Source: Macrostomum lignano (lineage: Eukaryota). Taken from it: a stretch of DNA of 47,015 nt. A model generated the notes under the pieces. It did not search any database, was not told where the DNA came from, and saw only the letters and a program-made list of their open reading frames with translations. The stretch's first letter is position 1, and each line of letters begins with the position of its first letter. Made by a program: the position numbers and the translations under genes. The stretch is taken from positions 1 through 47,015 of the forward strand of contig NIVC01004404.1 in the NCBI GenBank assembly GCA_002269645.1, given 5' to 3'. Below, piece after piece: positions 31,301 through 42,738 of the stretch.

Positions 31301-32355
31301 GACTCAACTCCAAGGTCTGGTGGCCCGGAATGTCAGCTGAGGCCAAGCAACTGGTGGCACAGTGCCTGGAATGTGCGGCCACCAACCATCAAGCGGAAGT
31401 TTCGGCAGCCCCACTGCAACCGACTGAGCTGCCAGAGTCTGCCTGGTCCACTATCGGCATCGACTTTCTTGGACCTGCCAACGGTCGACATTTCCTGGTG
31501 ATCATAGACCACTACTCGCGCTACCCCATCGTCGTGGCGATGAAATCGATCACAGCTGACCGCATCACCAGACAGTTACAGCAGGTATTCGCGACCTTCG
31601 GGATTCCCCAGCAAATCGTGACGGACAACGGTCCGACATTCACATCAGAAGCCTTCAGGAGTTTCGTCACAAGCCACGGAATCAGCCACCGGCGCATCAC
31701 ACCGTACCATCCCGAGGCCAATGGCATTACCGAGCGAATCAACAGGTCCCTGAACAAGCTGCTCCGCATCTCCAACGCCCAAGGAACCGACTGGAGGACG
31801 GCATTGCAGGAGTGGCTCGCCGCGTACCGCAGCACTCCGCACACGGCCACAGGAGTCGCCCCAGCCGACCTGATGTTCGGGAGACCAGTCCAAGACGGCA
31901 TTCCAGGAGTCAAGCCGCAGGCTGCAGCAAAGACGGTCAGGAACAGAGACCGTCAGTACAAAGCCGCCATGAAGCACTACGCCGACGCGACAAGATCAGC
32001 CGCATCGCATCGCATCCAAGCTGGCGATAAAGTCCTCCGCAGAAAAATCCAACCATCGAAAACGGACACGCCATTTGAAATTCAGCCTTGGACAGTCACG
32101 GAGGTCAAAGGCGATTCTGTCATCCTGGAGAGCACGGGCGGCAGCAACTGCATGCGCCACGCCAGCGACGTTAAGCGACTGCCAGAGCGGCCAACAGGAG
32201 ACGGGCCAGACGAGACCGGCAGTCCAGAAGGCGACCCGACGGCCGCTTCGGCCCCCGCGGAGCCGCCGGCCGCCGCCGGTGCGGGGGAGCTGCCAATCGC
32301 GAACCGTCCGCATCCAAGAAGCTGCAAACTACCGCATCCCAATTATAGGACCTGA
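28315..32355 (+). CDS. Uninterrupted single-ORF Gag-Pol polyprotein (1346 aa)
   Basis: Gag knuckles, LIDSGAS, WVHDD, RNase H, integrase HHCC and D,D35E, C-terminal domain; no stops. Confidence 0.97.
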   Translation: MSTENSGQTRNVVQLQLPPPEPFNVNQEAHALSSRWEDWSSRFLCFIHASGVKDPAQQRQVLLYTGGRELAELYKQLTNSGNTVEELIKAFKDHFTGRRCVVFSRYEFRNCTQQPGQSIDAWVSQLYKAAESCDFDNLRDSLIRDQIVAGCNTEQLRRRLLQTANINLQDALQLCRAFEAASYQSAAIESRRDETVNSMRRTTGEQQDGPSYKPGSKSKCYRCGETGHRSCDAAKGKTCNICKKVGHLAKACMSKGNSRDRVHTIGGQHQHPEESSKSPSDEGEVFCLTANKLPLMSISINGKRVEALIDSGASCNVIDQATFQDLKTAKTPLLRSARQLYPFDSKTPLATAGRAELLVKISGLEEVVDFTVVQDPGVTILGRATSEKFGVLRVGPAPKTRINSIGSADKAKAMESSSPEANSANLPANLQLDNILKKHRALFQGVGCVKDVEVSIRLKDNAIPVCHPPSRVPIHLRDAAIKELDAQLSEGIIERVSEPSEWVARMVVVPKSTPNQVRITQDLRDLNQYVVPEKQPIPTFEEVTDEMAGSHFFSELDINKAFHQIKVDQESRKFLTFSTPLGLMRLTRLCMGFTSASEILQRVMSTVSGLSGVRWVHDDIIVYARDIQEHNSLLVSCLQRLQGHGLTLNPSKCKFAVPEVNFLAMRLSAKGIQPAEAKVSAIKSFKEPTNASEVRSFLGLVTFVSRFMPGLADMTKPLRDLTKKSASWQWGEQQAKAFQEVRDRIAVDSTLVFFDKHRHTELVVDASPIGLGAILCQIQSDGSSKPVAFASRALSAVESRYSQTEREALAIKFGCLKFRHYLSGAANFTVVTDHKPLTFMLKPGSRPPPRIERMALSIQDMQFSVIYRLGPFNPSDILSRQPEPAPTSINIGEILDTNFIGSIAQAATPRGLSLQQVWEATARDPILPTVLSSLRTGNWDLRDDSIRRLHAARHELTEASGVLLRDQRLVIPKAQRPVVLQLAHQGHQGETKTLRRLNSKVWWPGMSAEAKQLVAQCLECAATNHQAEVSAAPLQPTELPESAWSTIGIDFLGPANGRHFLVIIDHYSRYPIVVAMKSITADRITRQLQQVFATFGIPQQIVTDNGPTFTSEAFRSFVTSHGISHRRITPYHPEANGITERINRSLNKLLRISNAQGTDWRTALQEWLAAYRSTPHTATGVAPADLMFGRPVQDGIPGVKPQAAAKTVRNRDRQYKAAMKHYADATRSAASHRIQAGDKVLRRKIQPSKTDTPFEIQPWTVTEVKGDSVILESTGGSNCMRHASDVKRLPERPTGDGPDETGSPEGDPTAASAPAEPPAAAGAGELPIANRPHPRSCKLPHPNYRT

Positions 32356-34420
32356 TTTTTTTCGTGCAAAACTGACGAACCTATAAACCTCTTTTTGCTT
32401 TTTTTGCGCATGACATTCATTTTTTTTAAATCCGATTTTAATCCGTTAATCTCCGCGAAGGGGAAAGATGTTGTACTCTGCCCCCCCTTTCTCGGCACGT
32501 TGATTTTAACTCCTGTGTACATTGCATCATAGATGTACACTTACTCTAGAGCAATCGATTACAGAGCTTTGAGCTCAAATATATAATAGCACCCCACGTC
32601 CAAGTCGGGGCTGTAAGCTTTTGGTTCATCTAAACTTCTGTCTCTCGCGTCAGTCACTACAGTAACCAAATTAACGCATGATATAATGTATCATATATAT
32701 TTTAATATATCGCTATCTAGCTATAATTAACAATCTAGATATAAGTAATATAAAGCTAAGTAATCCATAAAACAAGTGTTGCATGCTCCAGATTACATGC
32801 AGGATGAAGTTGACTTAAGTCCAACTAATGTTGACACGAAACACATACTGAGTATGCTATAACTATTGAAAAGAATGGTTCTACTGTAACGATAGGAAAC
32901 AGAGATTAAATAAAAATACTAACATATTAAACAATAGCATGCGAACGCGTTACACATGCGTTGTGCACACGCATGGTGCACGCTGTTAGCTTTACTGGAG
33001 ATTTAAATAATTAACGAGTTTTTTAATTTGCTTTGAGCAAAGTATCGCGTCTAAAACGCACTAACTACACTAGCGTATAATAACGCGCGTAATACGCGTG
33101 TTTTACGCGCTGTGTATGACAATACGCTTTAAATATGCGCGTAATACGCGCGTACCTGTTGCTTGGGCCGTGACTTGATCACATTGGCCATGCAGGTACA
33201 GAGGGGACTTGTACAGGAAATTCTTGCAGTGGCGAGACTATGGGGTAGCTACATGTACTACTACGTTGCTAAATACGAGGAATTGTACTTTTGGCCTTCA
33301 ACGCGCCAACCAGCCTCTCGTAGCGCTGATGATGGACTAACTCGAACCTCAGAGACCGCATGGATTCATTACCCGAGCCGCTTGGCGAATCTAGAGTGCA
33401 CAGAGTACATCGCTAGCACCGATTTTGCACTATTAGCAACTTTGCTAACTGATTTGATAGATGGATCGACTGAGAACTGCCTTGCGATTGGTCCACTGTG
33501 ACCGGCGCCTACTAGCTTAGCTACTCATCTGAGCCATGAGTCAGATTTAACCTTCTCACTGATTCACTTCACACACCTCAGATTAAATTGGAGTTTCAGG
33601 CTACTAACAGTATTATTGAATGACTTCTGCCTCAATAACAGCACTACTGAACAAAATGAGCAAAAGTGTGCGCCTAATCCAGCTACTGAAACAGGGGACA
33701 GATAAGGAATCACCCATTAATCTCACCCAACCAATCAGAAACTCAACAGCCGGAGACCAGGTAATCCACAGTGACCGATTCGGCTAAGTGCTTCGCAGCT
33801 GTAGGCCCGGAGTGATGCTGTCACAGTCTTCGCAAATAGCTAGCAGGTGTTGATCTTAACCTTGCTGATCGCTGCTGTCGACCGGGGGGATTCGTCCTTG
33901 ATGATGACGGGGGTAGTCGCGATCCGGGGATCAAGAGACGACGGTCGAGCTCCGGGAACCAGAAGTTGCGTGCTGGGTCTGAGCAGGTTGAGGTCCGATC
34001 GAGCGGGCCAAAAACACCGGTTTAAATAGCCGCCAACTAGACCGCAATTTGTTAGAATGGAGCACCTCGACGCTGATTGGCTGAGCCGATTTATTATAAC
34101 TGACGTCGAATTTTCTCATTTTTCTGATTGGTTGAGCCTGTTACCACCCAAACTCACGTGACCAGAAGATCCCATCAGTTCCCTCGGGGGCATAAAAATA
34201 CGCCAGGTGTTGTCATAAATCACTCAAAATCGCTACATAATGTTTTATGAATTTTGCGTAGGAATTACGAAAGTTAATGAAAAAATAAGCATTAGAAAGA
34301 GCTCATTAAAAAGAAAGTGAAGATGGTGAAGAGAAATCGATAATCGCTAATCCCAAAGTACTTTTAGGGGTAAAACGCATTGTTGTCAAACTGTCAAACG
34401 CTTGAGTGAACACGAACAAT

Positions 34421-36203
34421 CCCGGCGGTAAAAATCACGTCGAAATGACGTCGATATTCGACTTTCAAAAACTAGCGACTAATGAGTTGTCGTTTGAACC
34501 TTCATTCGACGTCGAAATTTCGATATTAATTTTTTTATCCCTCAATTTGCAGAATTGATCAGTAATAAGTATTTAAAAATATTTTTCCAACGTTGCTTTA
34601 AGTTAACTTAAAGGACAAATTAATTCAGTGTAAAACAGACACGATAATTTTTGTTTACAACGCATAAGATACACATTTTTTTAAAAATATCGCCATGCGA
34701 TGTCGATTATCGATCGCATCTCGATTATTTGTCATATTGTAGACTTATAAATTAATTTTAGTGTATTTCATATACGTATATATTTTCTGTATTACACTTG
34801 GCAATTCATTCCTTTCATTATGTAATTTGTGTTGCATTATTTTTGTTGCTATTAATGTGCGTTAAAAATTTTGTGTTTAGTTTGATGTTTTATAATACTG
34901 CCGCTGACTACTATATACATGTAGGATTTTATACAGGACAAATGAATTAATATCAAAGTAGCCATAAACTAGAAACTTTTACTTTTTAGTGCAGCCTATT
35001 GGAAATATTAATAGTGTAACAATGAACAGTGATGGATTCAATCCTCATACTCGTAAATGTTAAAAGGGCACAACTCTATGTAAAGTATATATTTGTTTTG
35101 AAACAAATTTTTGAGAAATGTATTAAAATATAATTTTAACTTAAAATTCATTTATATATGCATTCTAAGGAATGTTTGTTACATTCAAAGACAAAAAGCA
35201 TAGCCCACCCATAGCTGCATGAATTACTACTTATACCATAATTATCTTAACTTTTTCTATGTAGGGAAAACAGGAGATACTATAATATGTAGCTATGCTA
35301 TAAAAAGTTAAAAACTCTATTGTAAATGCTCTATGAGGTCTGGGATTATATTTAGAACATATTGTATTGTATTTCAATATTGTATATATATTGTAATTTT
35401 TTTCAGAAATTTATTTTATTTCAAGTATTTTACTTGTTTAGTAAAGCCACCTCCTACTCTACCAAAAATTTTCAGCAAATACCCCTCTCAACTTGGCGGC
35501 CAAGGACGTCCTATGCGACGGCAGAAGACTGCGCTTTTTAGGGGTGCAGAAAAGCTGACTTTTCCACAAGGAGTAAACGCGCTGACGCCATTGATTTTCA
35601 ATGTTTCCCATTTATGATTCCAATTTGTTGAATTTGTTGCATTTGTTGCCATTGTTGTTCCTCATTTTCCATCGTTTACTTTCTGTTCCTGATAGCTTGA
35701 TGCTATTTCTATGATTATATTTCAAATTGCTAGTGAATTGAATACACTGTATACTTTTTTCATGGTTGCGAGATAATAATTGCATCTATGGTTTGGATAT
35801 ATATCAAATGAAACGTCATGCAGTCTTGATCGGCATTTTTATGCTTTATTTCGTTCCTCTTAGGGTAGATTATAGCTAGTGTATGAATTAACATTATGTT
35901 TCGTCAGTTATAAGTACATGTAGCTTATGACTATTGTATGAAACAATGAACTAGCATATTACTAACTAATAATGATACTATAGTATATAGATAAAAAATC
36001 GAAAATTTGTCGAAAATCGCCATCAGCTTGCTGTCATCACGAATATAAACGACGTCGACTTTTCGCCATCAGTAGTGGAAAACGCGACGTCGCATACTCG
36101 TCGTCTGATGGCGAAACATTCGACGTCGAAATCGGGGTTCAAATCGACATGAAATTTCGACGTCGCTTTTCGACGTCATTTCGACGTGATTTTTACCGCC
36201 GGG
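34421..36203. mobile_element. 1.78-kb non-autonomous DNA transposon with CCC..GGG ends
   Basis: Perfect inverted repeat TCCCGGCGGTAAAAATCACGTCGAAATGACGTCGA at 34420-34454 and 36170-36204; AT on both flanks (possible 2-bp TSD); subterminal TCGACGTCGA-type repeats. Confidence 0.85.
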
Positions 36204-37039
36204 ATAGGCCCTGACCTCATAAATCTGATGACCTGTCAAAAATGATGAGATAAAAGCTACCGCCTGCATCCTCTCAGACCATCTGGCGCCAGCCTCAACA
36301 CTGAGTGAGGCGCAGGTGGCTGTCAGACCAGCTCAAAAGGAATGATTTATGACCCCAAAAGCAGCAAAAACCGCGCCTATGTTATTATAACTACAAGTAT
36401 GGCAAAATCATATAGCTACAAAAATCCTACTAATATGAATTCAAGGAAAATTACATAAAAAGAAGAAAAATGCCCATAGCCTGCTGTTAGTAGGCTAGCA
36501 AGTTTGAAGCCCATGTGCGAGCGTGAAATTTGGAAAAAAGTGCGTCCTTATCATATAAAATAACTTAGTGTGTACGTCAAAATTTCATGCTAATAAGTTT
36601 CAATTACTTAGTGTGTGTGTGTGTAAATTAAAATAGTAAAAATTTTCATCTTAATAACATAATTCAATGAAGCAAGCTATTGAAAATCCAAAAGTAGTCA
36701 CAGGAGCGCCATCCTCTAGCAAACAACTAGTCGAAAGCTTATTGGTTGCGGTAATTGTCTCGGCATCCGAACGGTTACAATTTTACAATGCAGGGCGCGA
36801 AAAAATTGTCGAAATAGCTCCACTACGTCCATTCTACATTCGATTCTATATTTCCCCAGACATTCATGTCAGAGTGGATTCGAGGTGATTCAGAACAGGT
36901 CTTACAGTGCTTTGAAACATGGACGATCGCGGACTTGACCTGCACTGCCGAGCTGGACTGCTGAGAACTACACTGCTGAGGGCCCGCCTGCCGTGGACTG
37001 AAACTGCCATTCTCGGTGAGATTTGGAACGCAGACAACC

Positions 37040-37684
<645 letters not shown>

Positions 37685-37779
37685 AGATAGGTAGGGCCAG
37701 CATGAACGAGTATTTCATTCTATTGAGTTTTCTAGATCTAACGGATAACTCAGTTCATTAGAATGAAGTGGAGCATGTC

Positions 37780-38045
37780 AACAACAACAATAACAACAAA
37801 ATACGCGGCCCCGCATGCACAGTCACAGTTAGAGCAGGGCGCGTCAGATGGCGCGCCGCAGAGCCTGGGAGCGAACAAAGTCCGTTCCGTGGGCAGTGTC
37901 GGGCGCTCCAGCGTCGCACAGCAGGCAGTCCACGCAGCCTGACCCCGCCTGAATGGACCCTGCAAAGTGAGCAGCAGGACGTCCTGAACAGGTTGGGGGC
38001 AGCAGCCCTCGGCCCGGATCACGTGGCCCGCCAGTTGAAGCATGT
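37780..38045 (-). mobile_element. 5'-truncated RTE-like LINE 3' end with (TTG)n tail
   Basis: LQLAGHVIR..P..VLLLTLQGPFRRGQ matches the RTE-clade GHVxR..GxRxRGR motif; CAACAACAA tract at 37779-37800. Confidence 0.7.
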
Positions 38046-38978
38046 AGAGTTAATTAAAGTGCTGTTAATAAGCTGAAAATTAGACCAGCCTGTGTCTGGC
38101 GCAGGCAATCTGCGTGCAGGGCTCTGAAAACCGATTCCTGATAGAGCGATCATCGCTGCATCGCCCCCCCCCCGTTACGCGGCGGTGCCAGTTGTTGCCG
38201 CTCGGAATTCGGTGGTTGCGCCCTGTTGTTTGAAAACAACCGAATGGGAGAAAAATCGAAGCGCGAATCGCAGCTGATGATGAGGATTCAAAGAATTCCC
38301 ACCGAGGAGGACAGATGCGAGAGCCGCTTCAGTTGGAGCTGGGCCAGGATTCGGGAATTCCAGCGGCGATCGCCGAGATCTGATGATGAGGCAGCTGCGG
38401 CTTTGATGGCGGAGCCCACGGTAGAGATACGGTAGCTGTGGGGGGGGGGGAGAGCCAGTGGGCAGCTCGGGACGCGGCAAGCAGCGGCACAGTTGGCCTT
38501 TCAGTCAGGAGGCGGTGGGGGCGTGGGTGCCTCAGGCGACAGGCGGCAGTGAGCGATGCAAGCAGCGAAGTGGAAGGTAGCCGCATGTAGCCGCATGTAG
38601 CCGACGGCCGCCCCCCACCACACAGCACAAATTTCTCCCCAAATTCGCCGAAAAAATGGGGATCATTGACCGGGAGATTGACGGCGCTAAGAGTTGCGTG
38701 GGAATTACAGAATTTAGGGGAAGCGCTATCGGTGGCCGCTAAGATGCCTGCAATCCCGTGCCGATCTTGTCACCGGAGTGTCGGGCCTGCGACACATGCT
38801 GCTGGGACTCTATTAGCCAGAAATTTTCACCAAAGTGACAGCTTTAGTTTAGCAGGGTTCAGTTAATTGAAGGGGACAAATTCTAACGGGGATAAACCAT
38901 TCAAGTACGAGATGTTCCTCCTTGCTTTTTGTTTAATCCCGCAACTATTAAGATTTTAAATTTTCATTGCTTACGCAG

Positions 38979-39365
38979 CGGATGGCCCGAAACTGCAGCT
39001 GACCAACCAGCTGCACAACCTGCCGCTCCTGCGACCGCCGCTGCCGCTCTACAGTCTGTCTCAGCTGCCGCCGCTGACCAACCAGGCTGCGGCTGCCAGG
39101 GCAGCGGTGGCCGCCTCCGCAGCGGCAGCGGCAGCGGCGGCAGCGACAGCCTTGGCCAGACTGGCCAGTTGGCCGCAGCTCCCGCCGCTGCCACCGCCGC
39201 CTCCACCGACGCTTCAGCGAGTTTGCGCACCCTCCGCGGCGCCGAGATCCAGCGTTGTCAAAGCGCGGCTGAGCAGCGGCAGGAGCCACCAGCAGCCGCA
39301 GCAGCAGGCCGGCTGCGTGTGCAACTACTGCGGCAAGCGGTTCAGCCGGCCCTGGCTGCTACAAG
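38979..39365 (+). CDS. scrt: Scratch-type Snail-superfamily zinc finger gene, internal exon (Ala/Pro/Gln-rich plus first half of a finger)
   Basis: Open from the AG acceptor (phase 1) to CNYCGKRFSRPWLLQG|GT; FSRPWLLQGH is the Snail/Scratch signature. Confidence 0.88.
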
Positions 39366-40263
39366 GTGACAAAAACGCTCGGAGGGGGGGGTTAATGGAT
39401 TTGCATCTATATGGCATCTTCTCACGCCCCATTTTGGCTGCAGTTGGTCTCCTGTTCTGTCATTGCATCATCTGGCTTTCAACGCAACTGTCCCATTATT
39501 TGATCCGCTGCTTGTTTAACTTTGGTTGGCACTTCAACACAGGGTGGCACATCAGAGCATCACATCAAATGGTAGGCCCTGGTGACTCTTTGTTGGGAGT
39601 CCCTCGGCCTGCAGCAGCTAGTCAATGCTCGCTCAGCACAAACATTTGGCCAGCCGAATATTGAATTAAAAAACTCAGCCTCAGTTCTAGCTTGAATGTC
39701 CTGTTGAGGTGGCTGAAATATTGCAAAATTGGTCAATTTGCAGCATACCGAAAGGATCAACTTGCAGCCACTTTAAGGACCCGGTTGGCAGTGCTGTGAT
39801 GCAGTCGATTCCAGTGAATAGATAGCGGAATAGGCGACACTGGCCTCCCCGCTGTGTCTACGGACCACCCTGCAGCTAAGTTAAGCAAGAATGGAGGAAA
39901 TCATAGTCGTCATAGGATCTAGGAGGGAGATCGATAACCAGCAGAGGTCGCAAAGCCACGGAGATCGGTGGCCCTGACAACCGGCCTCCAGCATCTTTCT
40001 CAGAAAGTCGAGTTTAGCGTCTTTCTACTTACCTTTGTGCATGCGCATACCCATGAAGGCTGACCTCCAAGGCACGGAGAGTGTACATGCCTGACGATTA
40101 TAAGTTCAGGGCCGCTGTACACCCTGTGTGAGTGCGTGTCTGCTTACAGTACTCGTATTGATGCGCTTGTACCCATGGTTTAGCGGAATGGTCGGACTGA
40201 AATGGTAATTTTTATGAAGAGACAAACTGTCCCGTTAACTCCTCGGTGCACCCAAATCCGCAG

Positions 40264-40523
40264 GTCACCTGCGCACGCACACGGGAGAGCGGCCCTTCCC
40301 CTGCCAGCTGTGCGGCAAGTCCTTCGCTGACAAGTCCAACCTGCGGGCTCATGTGCAAACGCACTCCAAGGAGAAGCCGCACCAGTGCGGCCGCTGCGGC
40401 AAGCGGTTCGCCCTCAAGAGCTACCTCAGCAAGCACGCCGACAGCTCCTGCATGCGGCGGGAGAGATTCACGGCCGCTGCCGCCGCTGCTGCCGCTGCTG
40501 CCACAGGCGAAAGAATTCAGTAG
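40264..40523 (+). CDS. scrt: Scratch-type zinc finger gene, last coding exon
   Basis: CAG acceptor; [63 protein letters not shown]; FALKSYL is Scratch-diagnostic; TAG at 40521-40523. Confidence 0.93.
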
Positions 40524-40526
40524 AAC

Positions 40527-41341
40527 CAAGGACCACTGTTGATGAGGAGTGTTCACCTCATGTCCAAGGACCACGCACTGCTTAGTGAGAGGAGTGTACA
40601 CCTTATCCAAGGACCACTGTTAGTGAGGGAAGTGTACACCCAATTCAAGGACCACTATTAGTGAGAGGAATGTACACCCAATCCAAGGACCACTGTTAGT
40701 GAGGAGTGTAACACCCAATCCAAGGACCACTGTTAGTGAGGAGTGTAACACCCAATCCAAGGACCACTGTTAGTGAGGAGTGTAACACCCAATCCAAGGA
40801 CCACTGTTAGTGAGGAGTGTAACACCCAATCCAAGGACCACTGTTAGTGAGGAGTGTAACACCCAATCCAAGGACCACTGTTAGTGAGGAGTGTAACACT
40901 CAATCCAAGGACCACTGTTAGTGAGGAGTGTAACACCCAATCCAAGTACCACTGTTAGTGAGGAGTGTAACACCCAATCCAAGGACCGCTGTTAGTGAGG
41001 AGTGTAACACCCAATCCAAGGACCGCTGTTAGTGAGGAGTGTAACACCCAATCCAAGGACCACTGTTAGTGAGGAGTGTAACACTCAATCCAAGGACCAC
41101 TGTTAGTGAGGAGTGTAACACCCAATCCAAGGACCGCTGTTAGTGAGGAGTGTAACACCCAATCCAAGGACCGCTGTTAGTGAGGAGTGTAACACCCAAT
41201 CCAAGGACCGCTGTTAGTGAGGAGTGTAACACCCAATCCAAGGACCGCTGTTAGTGAGGAGTGTAACACCCAATCCAAGGACCACTGTTAGTGAGGAGTG
41301 TAACACCCAATCCAGGACCACTGCTAGTGAGAGGAGTGTAC
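40527..41341. repeat. 37-bp minisatellite, about 22 copies, in the presumed 3' UTR
   Basis: Unit GGACCACTGTTAGTGAGGAGTGTAACACCCAATCCAA. Confidence 0.96.
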
Positions 41342-41457
41342 AGCGGCCCTAGTGGGGGAGGCAACAAAGAAACAACAAAACCCAACTGATCATAACCTAG
41401 CTTAGTAATATCATTTCTCTCGTGGACTTTCATGCCTGTCATTGTTTTTACTTAATT

Positions 41458-41474
41458 CAATAAATAAATAAATT
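41458..41474 (+). promoter_or_regulatory. Candidate polyadenylation signals of the scratch-type gene
   Basis: Overlapping AATAAA hexamers, followed downstream by T-rich sequence. Confidence 0.5.
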
Positions 41475-41789
41475 GAAGATGCAAACCGTTATTGTTGACA
41501 ATGGAACAATTTTTTGTTTTTGTTTGCAATTTCCTTTTCAAAGCGAGTTTTGCAGCCGCAAGCTTTTAAACGGTCGGGGAGTTTACAGTATATATTTATA
41601 TTCATAACATATCATAGCTTATGCATGAATTTGTATATATAATATATATCATTAATTCAGATAAAACTGCGACAGAAAATGAGTGAGGCACAGAACTGTA
41701 CACAACAAAGAGACAAAGTTGACAGGGTAATAAATAGTTAATGTATTGCTTCTTTACTGAACCACAGGGCTCCCTGTTCTAGAGGGCTA

Positions 41790-42738
41790 GAGACAGCGGG
41801 GACAGGAGGGGAAGAGGGCAGAAGGGATGGGATTAGACAGCGGGGGAAGAGGGCAGAAGGGATGGGATTAGACAGCGGGGGAAGAGGGCAGAAGGGAGGG
41901 GATTAGACAGGGGGGGAAGAGGGCAGAAGGGATGGGATTAGACAGCGGGGGAAGAGGGCAGAAGGGAGGGGATTAGACAGCGGGGGAAGAGGGCAGAAGG
42001 GAGGGGATTAGACAGGGGGGGAAGAGGGCAGAAGGGATGGGATTAGACAGCGGGGGGAAGAGGGCAGAAGGGAGGGTATTAGACAGGGGGGAAGAGGGCA
42101 GAAGGGAGGGGATTAGACAGCGGGGGAAGAGGGCAGAAGGGAGGGGATTAGACAGCGGGGGAAGAGGGCAGAAGGGAGGGGATTAGACAGCGGGGGAAGA
42201 GGGCAGAAGGGAGGGGATTAGACAGCGGGGACAGGGGGGGAAGAGGGCAGAAGGGAGGGGATTAGACAGCGGGGGAAGAGGGCAGAAGGGAGGGGATTAG
42301 ACAGCGGGGGAAGAGGGCAGAAGGGAGGGGATTAGACAGCGGGGGAAGAGGGCAGAAGGGAGGGGATTAGACAGCGGGGGAAGAGGGCAGAAGGGAGGGG
42401 ATTAGACAGCGGGGGAAGAGGGCAGAAGGGAGGGGATTAGACAGCGGGGACAGGGGGGAAGAGGGCAGAAGGGAGGGGATTAGACAGCGGGGGAAGAGGG
42501 CAGAAGGGAGGGGATTAGACAGCGGGGGAAGAGGGCAGAAGGGAGGGGATTAGACAGCGGGGGAAGAGGGCAGAAGGGAGGGGATTAGACAGCGGGGAAG
42601 AGGGCAGAAGGGAGGGGATTAGACAGCGGGGGAAGAGGGCAGAAGGGAGGGGATTAGACAGGGGGGGAAGAGGGCAGAAGGGAGGGGATTAGACAGCGGG
42701 GGAAGAGGGCAGAAGGGAGGGGATTAGACAGCGGGGAC
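41790..42738. repeat. G-rich 35-bp minisatellite, about 27 copies
   Basis: Unit ACAGCGGGGGAAGAGGGCAGAAGGGAGGGGATTAG. Confidence 0.96.

Larger units (their letters stand above)
28101..32661 (+). mobile_element. Full-length Ty3/Gypsy (Mag-like) LTR retrotransposon, element 3
   Basis: LTRs 28101-28294 and 32469-32661 (one substitution, one homopolymer indel); TSD GTAAC (28096-28100, 32662-32666); PPT GAAGGGGAAAGA 32457-32468. Confidence 0.98.

Noticed and set aside
38226-38435. Candidate first coding exon of the scratch-type gene
   Set aside because: Nearby GT donors are not in the phase needed to join the phase-1 acceptor at 38979, and there is no SNAG motif
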